Below are positions 1 to 10,876 of a stretch of DNA of 31,146 nucleotides, piece by piece. The notes below the pieces were generated by a model. It saw only the letters and a list, made by a program, of their open reading frames with translations. It was not told the DNA's origin and ran no database searches. Each line of letters opens with the position of its first letter. The stretch's first letter is position 1. A program made the translations under genes and the position numbers. This stretch comes from Anneissia japonica (Eukaryota), in contig NW_022686322.1 of NCBI RefSeq assembly GCF_011630105.1, forward strand, positions 3,767,837-3,798,982, given 5' to 3'.

Positions 1-230
1 TATATATATATATTTATATATATATATATACTGATATCAAGCTATTGCTGATTGTTGTTTATTTCAGTATGCTTTCAATATATATATATATTTTACATAT
101 GTATATATATACACATATATATATATACACATATACATATATATATATATACAAAAACACATATATATTTATTTATTTATTTATATATGTATATATATAT
201 ATATATCACAAATATATTATGGTAATAACC
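1..230. repeat. (TA)n / (TATACA/TATG)-type compound microsatellite
   Basis: Read directly from the sequence; the six-frame ORF 45-338 is a translation artifact of this tract. Confidence 0.9.
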
Positions 231-1832
231 ATTAACAGCATATGGCAATTGCATATATCTAGCTCTATCACACGTTTTCGTTTTACAGTACAGATCGGTT
301 ATTATTATATTAATATGTATGCTAAAAAGCTAAAATAATGGAAAATGGCAGCCATTTTAAATTGTAATAGCTCAAAAATGTGTACAATATTTAGTTAACT
401 GTTGTTGTCATTGTTATGAGTGAATTTCCAATTGAATACTGCATTTTAATGACATAAACTTACAGTATTAGTGAACATTTTAGGAAAAAATGGCGGCCAT
501 TTTGAAAAGGCCCCACTTACGTATGAAAAAAAAAATGTTGCACTTATTCTTTTGATTTATCTATGGTTACTCTACATCATATCCAATTTTTTAAAAATAT
601 AGCAAAAAAAATGCAACCAACCAAAGTTTGCTGGACTTGCTCTTAGGCCTATCACAAAATGAATCCTTATAAATCAAAAACTTATGGGCTAGGTGGCATG
701 CCTATATTAATTATTATAGCCTATCACAACGGCATGATTATGCTTTCATTTTCATTTTTGTCAAAATATACTTTCCATCTAATAAATTTCATATTAGATT
801 AATTACTGTAGGCCTGTTACTAATGATCATATTGGAAATTTGAATAAGAAAATAATATGTCGTCGATTAACGGACGGAAAGTATGATGATAGGCTGTAGC
901 CTAGGCCTACAGCTAGCAGTAGACCGTACCGTACCTGAGTTACCCCTGGTATAAATTTTTATAAAGGTATTTGCAGCAAAATGTCTCTGAAAACTATTTT
1001 CGATTTGATTTTTGTTGGAAGGTAACAGCTTTCTTTATCATTAAAGTAAGCTTTTAATGATTTTTCCCAATCTTTGGAAATCTGATGACAAGACAATAAA
1101 GACTTTAACATCGCCCTCTACCAAATTCACTCGCATCATTTTTCAAGCAATAGATATGACGTAATTATTTCGCGCACTGATTGGTGAATAGTGGTCAACG
1201 CCCCTTATTGATAATTAGCATCAAGGTTAGGTAAACCTGGAGGCCTGGCGTTGCGCCATCATGTGAAAGTTGCTTTGCTTGTTGTGTTCGGTGAATGTAC
1301 GGACCTCGGTGGCCTTTAGAACATTTCTTTTTCTTGAATTAGAGACAATTACGGTAAGATTTAATTAATGATAAGTATAAAGATATATGATATTTAATTA
1401 GTTGTTAAATTAATAAAAAAAAAGATCAAGATACATGTAAAATTTTTTAAAAATGACGTGATCTTTTACGTGGGCCAACCAGGTTAGTCCACACCGCGAT
1501 ACTGATACTGTGACTGTGTATCGAATGACTCAGGAGTGCAGACGTAAGCTGTTTTCCAGGGGATTGATTGCACCACAGTTTCGTCAGCTTAGCATAGCCT
1601 ATATATGAAGGAATTTGTAGTGGTTACCGAAAGCACTACACTTACTGCACTCCAGCAACAACACTTCTCAGGGAAAAGACGGCTAGGCCTGGGTTGTATG
1701 GGATTGAATTTGCTTGTGATCTGTTGAATATACGGTAAAGTACAGCATAGAAACTTCACTAAAGTTATCTAGGAGGGGGACAGTGTTATACTCTAGGTCT
1801 AGGCTAGGCCTAATCTAGTCCTATACCTTTTC

Positions 1833-1925
1833 AGGGGCGGATCTAGGATGAAATTTGGGGGTGGGGGCATCACTCGGTGCGGCCACTCGGTGCGAAGCAC
1901 CGAGGGTGGGGTGCCCCTCCTAATA
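1833..1925. repeat. G-rich dispersed repeat (GGGGCGGATCTAGGATGAAATTTGGGGGTGGGGGC…) with related copies at 18236-18410 (inverted pair) and 31053-31146
   Basis: A shared GGCGG(A/C)TCTAGGA(T)AAATTT…GGGGG head; the reverse complement of 18360-18410 (CAGGGGCAGATCCAAAATGTTTTTAAACGGGGGATGGGGGCC) aligns to 1833-1875. Confidence 0.45.
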
Positions 1926-2582
1926 TTAGGAAATTTTTTGAGAAAAGTAACACTAAGACAGTCGTACACGGCATTCTAATCTAAAGGATTAGATCGTGTT
2001 GCTAAATTGCTATGGAGTCGTGATAAATATATTTGATAATTCGTAAACATGTTTTCTGCCAAATGACTCTAATGACTGTTGTAGGTGCGATATATTATTA
2101 TATATTATTATGTTGCATATTATGTTGTCATTAATTGATTATATCAAAGAGTATAAATAGAACAAGAGAGCCAACAACGCTCATTGAGAGCGTAAAAAAA
2201 CGATACGCCCTACGCAGCTAGTGTAGGACGCCAACTAACGCTTGTATGTGTTTTATTACCCAGTACTCCACCGTGCACGTTCGGCTTATCTGTTTATCTG
2301 TTCTCCACAAGATATAGTACTTTTGTAGAGGGCGGTATTTGCGCTTGTATAAAGCTGACCTAAAGTAGATCTATGTAAACATAAGATGATAAACATAGTG
2401 TAGGGCCTATGATAGTTGCATGGAGGAAATTTTTCCCCTCCATGATAGTTGAAAGAATTTATACATACAATGCTGTGCAAATAACAATATGTGTAAGAAA
2501 AACATAATATAATGCTTGCAATAGATATTGGAGAAACCTATTTTTAATACTTTACACAAACAGCGAGTTTATTATACAAATG

Positions 2583-2668
2583 AATTATTATTATTAATAT
2601 TATTATTATTATTCATTATTATTATTATTATTATTAAAAATATATTTATCATCATCATCATCATCATT
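2583..2668. repeat. (ATT)n followed by a (CAT)n microsatellite
   Basis: Read directly from the sequence. Confidence 0.9.
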
Positions 2669-3360
2669 ATGTTTTTAGCCATTATAAATTCTCATTCCTT
2701 CTTATGCAGTTTACACAATCAAACTAATATGAATGCAAAGGTGGTCAGTATATAAGAGAGCAATATATTTTATTTGTGCCATCAAACAATTATATAGTAA
2801 ATATAATATATAAGCTATAACAATATTAATAACAACAATGACAATATTAATAACTTACGAGTAGTCATGCTCTTCTATCCATTTTTTTCCATTTTATTTA
2901 TCAAATATGATATTCAAAAAATATTAATGATAATATTAATAGTTACAATTATAATATTTTCAGATTCAATTAGCATCAATCTGTCTGCATATATAGCATA
3001 TATTCAACATAGCTTTATCAATGCTCTTAAATTCATTTTTTTAAATTTTCAAATATATTTTAAACATATTAATTGTAATAAATCAGTCGTGGGTTTGATT
3101 CCTATCTGAAACAACCGTGATTTTTTATCAAGTATTTGAATTGTACTGAGCATTTAGTACTATATAACACGTCATGTGGGCAAACATCATTTCGTGAAAT
3201 TTTATTGGAGGAAATAATAAAATTCTAGTGTAGTACTTTAATAAACATCCAATAATGGTTTCAAGCATTAGCCACATATCGTGTATGCAAAAATTCATAA
3301 CCAAGGTTTTGGAAAATCAAATTTGCTTGTTTACAAACTTTTTTACAACGATTTTTAATA

Positions 3361-3427
3361 ATAAAAATTATGATAATAATAGTAATAATAATAATAATAA
3401 TAATAAACAATAATAATAACAATAATG

Positions 3428-3488
<61 letters not shown>

Positions 3489-3510
3489 TAATAATTGTTA
3501 TTATTATAAA
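3361..3510. repeat. (TAA)n microsatellite, about 150 bp
   Basis: Read directly from the sequence. Confidence 0.9.
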
Positions 3511-4140
3511 CCAGCGTACTATGCGGTTAGACTCTTATAACTTATGCAAGAGTAAGTCAATTGAGAGAGCAGCTTAGCAGTCGGCTAATACTACTTTAGT
3601 CGGCTTTGTACTCACCGCTCTTTTTCTTTAGGGAAATGAAAGAAGGAGCAATTTGGGGTTTTTTGGCTGTTATTATAACAATTAAAAGCTGAACACCTTA
3701 ATGCCATACTGCTAGCTGTACGTCTGCACACGCGCATTGAACCGCTCATGCGTGACGTTCACCCGCGTATATGTTATACGTGCACAGAGTTTTAAAAGTT
3801 TTCTACTTACTGAGTTCATAGCGGGCGTGCTTCGATCGTGCTCTATGGTAAAAAATTAATATACAACCGTTAGTGGGCGTCCTACACAGGTGTGACGTTT
3901 TTACGAACGGGACTTTGCTCTCTTGTTCTATTTATACTCTTTGATTATATGCTCATAAATAAAATTCGCAAATACCAATGTACAGTAACTATACCAAAAG
4001 ATTGTACTTTTATTTTATCATTTAGTGACCACATGTTCACCACGAGCCTTGTTGATGCGCGCCAGCGTAATCAACAAAAACCAACACCAACTTAAGTACT
4101 ATAGTAATAAATAATAAATAGGCCTAGATATGATCTTTTC

Positions 4141-4207
4141 TCTTTTTTCTTTGTTCTCTATCTCCCCCCCCCCCCCCCTCTCTCTCTCTCTCTCCCTTTT
4201 TTTTTTG
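4141..4207. repeat. Poly-C / (CT)n / poly-T low-complexity tract
   Basis: Read directly from the sequence. Confidence 0.85.
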
Positions 4208-5217
4208 GGCCTCCCCTGGATCCACCCCTGCTTTTAAAGGTAGGCCTAGCCTCACTACAGCCTATGTTGTTGTACTAACTAAAGTCTATAAAAGTATCCA
4301 ATGATGATTTTACCATCATTTTGAGACAAAAAATTTTGCCCTCCTAGCTAGGCCTAGGCCTAGTGATATTCCTTTGGTTGTTAAAATGAAGCATAGGCCT
4401 AAGTATACATACTGTTCCAATGTAATATTTTCTGCATAATATTCAAGTTTATAAAATAATAATTATTGGTATTTATTTAAATAAATTTGTGCAGTAATAT
4501 TTTCATAAAATTAGTACCAAAAATTTTACAATTTTTAGTTGGAAAACAGTTGCATTGGAAAGAATATTAATTATCTAGACGTCATCAATGTCATATAAAA
4601 ACCAGACAAAAAATATGCTCTATTTATTGGATACGTATTACCATGTAAAACACACTCATGCAAATATAAGTTTTTTATATTAAAAAATGCAACAATTAAA
4701 TATTTTCCTTATATCTTAGCCCTCCTCAAGCTGTTTTATTATTTTAAAGAATATTGCTGCCATAGCAATATTTAAATGAAGTTATTGACTCTCATTCACT
4801 GCTCTAGGGTAATGAAAGCGTCATGTATACTATGCAACAATGCCGTTCGTTTATATAGATTACAGATTGTAGTATTGCAGTGAAGCATGGTCCTATTCAT
4901 CTCACAGCTAGGCTATGGGTGAAATGAAATAGGAATTAGATATCAAGGATAATTTGTTTGATTGTATCCTAATGGAAAATACATCAGAAAATGAAAGGTT
5001 TCAAAATATGATTAATAGGAAGTATTACCTGACACTACAGAAACTATCTCTTGTGAATGAAACAATTCAGGTATTTTTTTTAAAAACCTGTACTTAATTT
5101 TAGATTTGAACAATAATATTCTTGTGTAAATATTGTTTTGTGTTAAATGCAAAACATCTTTTTTGTTCTGTTTTTTTTTAATACCTGCAACTAGAAAATA
5201 TTTTGTTATATATTATA

Positions 5218-6180
5218 CTGCACAAGCATATTAAAGCCCCATTCCTGGCAAAACTTCATTTTTAAAGAAAAATCTGATTTCTATATACCGGTATGTTAGA
5301 AAAATTTATATTATGAAATTGCTAGTTTAACTGAATTTAGACAATTCCTAAACATGAAAAAAATGCAAAATAAGACTCAAATTTTATTTTTTGTTTCCCA
5401 ATCCATTCAAAAAATAATAGAGGATGATTTTTTTTATGTTTCATTTTGCGATAGGTCTATCGAAATATTTTAGGCACCGGAAAAATTAGCCTAGCAACAC
5501 CTCTATTTAGGTTCTGTTATCAGACATAAAAAATGGCCGACGTGTTAATTTCTGTTTCTGGTGTTATACATATATTATAATATTTTATTGGAATTATTTC
5601 AAACTTGTTAAAAAATATTAACTGAGATTTTAACAATTAAACAAACTTACCTCAAACCTAATTGATCGAACACAGTGTGCAAGATGCGCGGTACAAAAAC
5701 TAATCTCATAGGGTGGGCACACTTTATTTATTGCTCACAATTGTATCGGTGATGTAAACAGGAACAGTAAAACAGATTAATTAATATTTTTATTTAATCA
5801 TTGTGGGATGAATTAAAATATCTTATCATTAGAGTTCATGGCATTTGTGGGCAAGATAAAAAATAAAGAATGCGGCGGTTTCGCGAACGCTTGACTTCAT
5901 AAAGTATACACAAAAAGCAACTGGCGAGAGCATTCCAGCTTGTGTGATCTGCAACCTCTGAATTTGCCTACACTAGTAACGAAAAAGTCGTGGAGAAAAT
6001 GGTAATCTCCTATGAGAAATAGTCTCTACTTATCATTTTTTTTTCTCCTTTAGTGTAAATCTAAAATTCATGGCATTTTTTTTTTATGGTATATAAATAA
6101 TTAGAGTAATGCATGCAAATTGTTCTGAAAAAAACTTTTTGAAAATGAAATTTTGCCAGGAATGGGGCTTTAATGTGCAC
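5218..6180. mobile_element. Non-autonomous DNA transposon (MITE-like), about 963 bp, with 45-bp terminal inverted repeats and TA flanks (Tc1/mariner-type target-site signature)
   Basis: 5218-5263 CTGCACAAGCATATTAAAGCCCCATTCCTGGCAAAACTTCATTTTT pairs with the reverse complement of 6135-6180 (GTGCACATTAAAGCCCCATTCCTGGCAAAATTTCATTTTC). TA at 5216-5217 and 6181-6182. No ORF of 60 aa or more lies inside. Confidence 0.6.
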
Positions 6181-6279
6181 TAAACTTTGGTCCCCAATGC
6201 AGTACACGTGAAACTAATTGTTAAATAGTAGTAAAAAAAAATACACTTGCTTGGAACAATTATGATCATTTTTATGCCC

Positions 6280-6664
6280 AAGGCAGTTCATGCAAATGAA
6301 AATAATTGTTAGGATACATAGTCAAAAATGTGTAAACAAATTGCCTAGTTAAAGTTGTCCAGGTTCAGGGTTGTACTGTAGCTGTAGAAAACTAGGGATT
6401 GGTGGTATACATTTTGAGGGTGGGTGGGTGATAACATAAACTCTAAGAGAGTGTTTTAACGATATGTGCAAGAGGGTTAATAAAGGTGGGTGGAGGGCTA
6501 TGAAATTAGCTGTAGACTGGGTGGAAAACTTCAAAGTTGGGTGGCCCCGCCCAACTCCTCCTACCATAATTACATCCCTGAAGGCAGTACATGAAAATGA
6601 AAATAATTGTTAGGATACAAAGTCAAAAAAATGTATAAACAAATTGCCCAGTTCAAGTTGTTCA
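6280..6664 (+). repeat. Tandem duplication, unit about 301 bp, 1.3 copies, ending about 110 bp upstream of the MVP ATG; the unit contains a G-rich tract and a CCCCGCCC GC box (6546-6553)
   Basis: 6280-6361 (AAGGCAGTTCATGCAAATGAAAATAATTGTTAGGATACATAGTCAAAAATGTGTAAACAAATTGCC…) recurs at 6581-6664 with about 8 differences. Confidence 0.7.
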
Positions 6665-6775
6665 CGTAAGGGCACTCATTACTACAAGGTTGAACATTCT
6701 CTTTTATTTTATTGATTTGAAAGTTAAACAAGCTTATTTTTCGCCTTTTAATATTCACAGTTTCTGGAATAAAAT

Positions 6776-6924
6776 ATGGAAAAAGGCAAACGTACAACCG
6801 CTGGAAGTGATGACTCCATCTACCGCATTCCCCCTTACTATTACGTTCATGTACTAGACCAAAACAGCAATGTGACTAGGGTGGAGATCGGACCCAGGAC
6901 TTACATAAGACAGGATCACGAAAG
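6776..6924 (+). CDS. MVP: Major vault protein, coding exon 1 ([49 protein letters not shown] + split Arg codon)
   Basis: ATG at 6776; translation collinear with the vertebrate MVP N-terminus (…[35 protein letters not shown]); donor AAAG|GTTAGT at 6925; phase 2. The exon is preceded by a pyrimidine tract + CACAG, suggesting an upstream non-coding exon. Confidence 0.85.
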
Positions 6925-7300
6925 GTTAGTACCTGTAATTCTTTAATAATTAATCAATAAGAAACAATTTCTTAACAAACATTTTGTACATTTCCTAATA
7001 CTGGATTTTTAATAGAATCTGAAAACTCTCAAAGTGTTTAATTGTTCATATGCTTCTATTAAAGTGCTGTACTTATACTGTACATAACTGTATAATTCAG
7101 CTTTTGCTTATTTACAGTCTTTATTGAAGGTCTATGAAAAAGCATGGTATGTGAGTGATTGGCAAGAAAAGCATTCTCTCTATCTAACCTTTAATTAGCA
7201 AAGCATTTAACTTAATTTATAAAGCAAGTGATTTAATTGTTTAATTTGACGTTGGAGAATAATCCAGAACTCACAGTGTCATTGGGCTAAATTGCATACA

Positions 7301-7405
7301 TACAATAATTATATAATTATAATAAAAATTATAATTATAATAATAATTATAATAATTATAATTATAATAATAATTATAATTATATAATTATAATAATTAT
7401 ATAAT
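7301..7405. repeat. (ATAATT)n-like microsatellite in MVP intron 1
   Basis: Read directly from the sequence. Confidence 0.85.
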
Positions 7406-7444
7406 TGCATACATGATGCATGACCGTAAAGAGGCACTTACTGT

Positions 7445-7600
7445 ATAGTAGCTTCATTTAAGTCCTTATCCGAGAAGACTGGGTTCTGCCAACTGAACCC
7501 TGGGCTAGGACTGGCTCGAACCAGTGATGATGTTAAGGCTGTAGTTAGCAGCATTCTTGCGTTACTGCTCAACCACTCAACTTGGTCACTCAACACAAAC
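7445..7600 (+). repeat. SINE-like dispersed repeat copy (5'-truncated) in MVP intron 1
   Basis: ATTTAAGTCCTTATCCGAGAAGACTGGGTTCTGCCAAC…GTTAAGGCTGTAGTTAGCAGC…CAACTTGGTCACTCAAC matches the reverse complement of 23935-24060. Confidence 0.5.
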
Positions 7601-7704
7601 ACTGTATCTTACAACAATTATTTCTTATATAAAATAATTATTTTTTGAAAGATTAAATTGAAAGAAAAATCATTACAAATATTTTGTTGGATTTTGAAAC
7701 ACAG

Positions 7705-7900
7705 GGTGATATTTGGGCCACAGAAGATGATTATGGTGCCACCAAGGAATTATTGCATCATTGAGAATCCCTCTCAGAAGGACAAAGACGGTGCTGTCGT
7801 ACTGGACAAGCATGGACAGGTCAAACTCAACCACGCTGACCAGGAAATCCGTCTAGCTCAAGATCCATTTCCTCTGTTCCCTGGAGAGGTCCTGAAACAG
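7705..7900 (+). CDS. MVP: MVP coding exon 2 ([23 protein letters not shown]…[17 protein letters not shown])
   Basis: Acceptor ACAG|G at 7703-7704 completes the split Arg codon; matches human MVP …VLFAPMRMVTVPPRHYC…[19 protein letters not shown]; donor CAG|GTACAT at 7901. Confidence 0.85.
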
Positions 7901-8017
7901 GTACATAGTCCTTGAGAGGAATTGTGATCATGATTTTAATTAATTCCTTGTGGGAAAATAGATTGCAAATTTTGAAGTACTTTATTATGACAACGTTGTT
8001 ATATTTTGTTCCAACAG

Positions 8018-8368
8018 GCAGTTAGTCCTCTGAAAGTTGTGCCAGCCAATTGCGCTCTTCGCCTGAGGGCTGTCTTGGACTATGAAGACCCCAGCGGAGA
8101 GAAGAGAGTTGCTGGCGATGAATGGCTCTTTGAAGGGCCTGGTACATATATCCCACGCAAGGAGGTAGTTGTAGACGAGACTGTCAGGGCAACTATCATC
8201 AAGCCCAACCAGGCTATTAAGCTACGTGCTCGCAAGGAGACCGAAGACCGTGAGGGTAATGCGAGGGTCACGGGGGAGGAATGGCTTGTTAAGAAAGTTG
8301 GTGCGTACTTGCCAGGCGCATACGAGGAGGTCGTTGATGTTGTGAATGCTTATGTGCTTACTGAGAAG
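8018..8368 (+). CDS. MVP: MVP coding exon 3 ([50 protein letters not shown]…[32 protein letters not shown])
   Basis: Acceptor CAACAG|GCA at 8016-8017; 351 nt, phase 0; strong identity to human MVP repeat domains ([22 protein letters not shown]…[16 protein letters not shown]); donor AAG|GTTTGT at 8369. Confidence 0.88.
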
Positions 8369-9416
8369 GTTTGTGATAATTTATATTATAGTGATTGGTA
8401 ACCATGGTAATGGTATACAACATGGAAAAGTATCTTATTTCCATGATTTAAAAGAAATAATTATGTTGAGGATTAGAAATAGAACTTTAAACTGATTGAG
8501 GAGAATGTACCTGTTACATTAATATTTTGCATGGGGTATGTAGAACATTAACATTTATGATATAAATTTGTGATAGTATCTAAATTTGATTAAAACAAAT
8601 TGCTGTGTAGGCTAAATTACATAGAAATGTAGAAATATTAAAATATTATTGCTAAATTTCACAATTGTCAATACCACATATAGGTAAAGAACTTAGGCAA
8701 TTCATCAAAAAACTGTAAATATAAATATAATAAATTTTGCACAACAAAAATGTTAGTTTTTATTTTCGCAATTGCAGTTTTAATTTTGTTTTCCTCACCA
8801 AAAAACGTATGTGAATGTGACACTAACTGTTGAGAGGAAGTGTGGTTGCATAAAGACATCCAAGTGAACCTTTATTCATCCTGTATTCGGGTCTGTATCA
8901 CTGCAGTGTCAGAGGAAATTATCATTCTCAGGGTCACAATATTTATGGCCACATCCTGAACTGAAATTGAATTATGTGACAGATAGAAATTTTTTTAATT
9001 TTTTGCAAGTGTGAATGTGTGCTTTTTATATTACCATTATAGATCAAACTGTACATTAAAATTGATTAAATTGTTATGAGTGTGAATGGATGACAATTTA
9101 TAAGTTAATAGCAGTTAAAGTGTATAAAAGTACATTGTTAAACACTTCATGAAATCATCTAGTTACACTAGACTTTTTTATACCTTGTTTCGCGAACTTA
9201 GATCGTCAGAGGAGGGTGGAAAAAAGATAAATATTTAATTTATTTTCTTATTTAGCAAATAGTTTTGCGAAAAAACATCAAGACTGAGGAGAAAATAAAA
9301 CTTTGTTGGTGAATTTAAACAGTGTCATTAATCAGTAAAATTAATCAAATCTCTAATTTGATTAATTATTATTCAAAATTTGTGTTATCAATTGTTTGTT
9401 CTTCATTTTAAAACAG

Positions 9417-9542
9417 AAAGCACTTCACCTGCGTGCCAACCGTACATTTACTGATGCCAAAGGTGTGACGAGAAAGAATGGTGAAGAATGGTTGGTGAAG
9501 ATGGAAGACAACGAGGCACACATTCCTGATGTCTACGAAGAG
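9417..9542 (+). CDS. MVP: MVP coding exon 4 ([42 protein letters not shown])
   Basis: Acceptor AAACAG|AAA at 9415-9416; 126 nt; matches human [42 protein letters not shown]; donor GAG|GTGGGT at 9543. Confidence 0.85.
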
Positions 9543-10021
9543 GTGGGTTACACATCAATCAAAAACGTCCTTTTGGAAAGCAGCAATGTGGCTTTAGGCT
9601 GTCAATTGTTAAACCTCTTGTTTGTGCCCTTGAGTATGTCACTTTACCTGCATTACTTGTCTCCACACAGGAGGTAAATTTGTGCCTGGTATGATAGGAA
9701 AGTAATAATGCGTACATAATTAGAGCATTACTGGAACGATTCCTTACAAAGAGGAGACTTTTTTTCACATCCTGTGTGGTTATGTCAGATCAGGTCACGT
9801 CACGTCACTCTTATAGTTACAGACCATGGGGACGCTTCGATGATAACGAAATGACAATGGTGTTTGCTTATTAAATTTAAATCAATTTGTTTCGTAAGAG
9901 TACAATTTTTTAAAAAGAAAGTGAAAATACAATATCAATAAAGCCCATAGAGCACAGACATTTGAATTAATATACATACTTGAACAATTACTATGTTTTA
10001 GAAAGTTAACTATCATATACA

Positions 10022-10440
10022 ACATTTTTGATAGTAATTATTACAAATATTAATGAATAATAATATTTATTTATTAAAATTTATTACAGTAACTATTAGA
10101 GATATTAATGAATATTAACATTTATTTATATTTATATTAGTAATAATTAGAGATAATATTCAATATTAATACTTATTTATATTTATAATAGTAATTATTA
10201 GAGATAATGAATATTAATATTTATTTATTTTTACTTATAATAGTAATATTTATTTATATTTATAAAGTAATTAGAGATATTAATTAATATTTATATTTTT
10301 AATAGTAATTATTAGAGATATTGAAGAATATTAATATTTATATATTTATATTTATAATTTATTAGAGATATAAATGAATATTAATATTTATTTATTTGTA
10401 TTTATAATACTAATTATTAGAGATTAATGAATATTAATAT
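10022..10440. repeat. AT-rich minisatellite (about 55-60 bp unit, about 7 copies: …ATTAGAGATATTAATGAATATTAATATTTATTTATATTTATAATAGTAATT…) in MVP intron 4
   Basis: Repeated TTAGAGATA…GAATATTAATATTTATTTAT blocks read directly from the sequence. Confidence 0.7.
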
Positions 10441-10453
10441 TACTCCTTTACAG

Positions 10454-10564
10454 GTTGTTGGCTTGAAGGATATCATTACCCTAAATAATCGACAATACTG
10501 TGTGATCTTGGACCCAGTTGGTGACAATGGTAAGCCACAGCTCGGACAAAAGAAACTTGTCAAG
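10454..10564 (+). CDS. MVP: MVP coding exon 5 ([37 protein letters not shown])
   Basis: Acceptor TTTACAG|GTT at 10452-10453; 111 nt; matches human …[24 protein letters not shown]; donor CAAG|GTATGT at 10565. Confidence 0.85.
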
Positions 10565-10750
10565 GTATGTAATCGACTAGTTACCTTAAATTTTAAACCT
10601 AAATACAAAATACTAGTAATTATTAATCATTATATATTATATTTATTTTAGTTTCTGATTAACAATTATTTGTAATAAAAAATAATTTTGGGAGTTCAGT
10701 ATTACATTATATAAAGAGTTCAGATAATATTCTTTTATTTTTTGTTTCAG

Positions 10751-10876
10751 GGAGAAAAATCTTTTTTCATGATGCCTGGTGAAAAGCTTGAGAAAGGAAT
10801 TCAAAACGTGTTTGTTCTTGGAGAAGATGAGGGCATTATCTTGCGGGCAAAGGAAGCATTTAAGGACAACCTTGCG
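10751..10876 (+). CDS. MVP: MVP coding exon 6 (GEKSFFMMPGEKLEKGIQNVFVLGEDEGIILRAKEAFKDNLA)
   Basis: Acceptor TTTCAG|GGA at 10749-10750; 126 nt; matches human [33 protein letters not shown]…; donor GCG|GTAAGT at 10877. Confidence 0.85.

Larger units (their letters stand above)
2137..3950. mobile_element. About 1.8-kb element bounded by imperfect inverted repeats of about 110 bp (29-bp perfect core ATCAAAGAGTATAAATAGAACAAGAGAGC); foldback/MITE-like; the interior is filled with (ATT)n/(TAA)n microsatellites
   Basis: 2143-2171 equals the reverse complement of 3917-3945 exactly. Weaker similarity extends to about 2250 and about 3850 (shared GTGTAGGACGCC…ACTAACG…TTGTAT). No transposase ORF is present. 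Confidence 0.5.

Noticed and set aside
45-338. 97-aa ORF (MLIVVYFSMLSIYIYILHMYIYTHIYIY…)
   Set aside because: It is a translation of (TA)n/(TATACA)n microsatellite. Its low-complexity Y/I repeats give it no coding signal.
2528-3109. 75-aa and 80-aa + strand ORFs rich in Ile/Leu/Phe
   Set aside because: They lie on (ATT)n/(CAT)n tracts and AT-rich DNA inside the inverted-repeat element. This is compositional artifact.
6349-6797. 72-aa and 75-aa - strand ORFs just upstream of MVP
   Set aside because: They fall inside the 301-bp tandem duplication and GC-box region, with no homology. They more likely belong to promoter or repeat sequence.
8080-8271. 63-aa - strand ORF
   Set aside because: It is antisense shadow ORF of MVP exon 3.
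9781-9830. GTCACGTCACGTCAC triple repeat (CRE/E-box-like) in MVP intron 4
   Set aside because: It is a short motif cluster. It cannot be distinguished from chance or simple-repeat slippage without conservation data.
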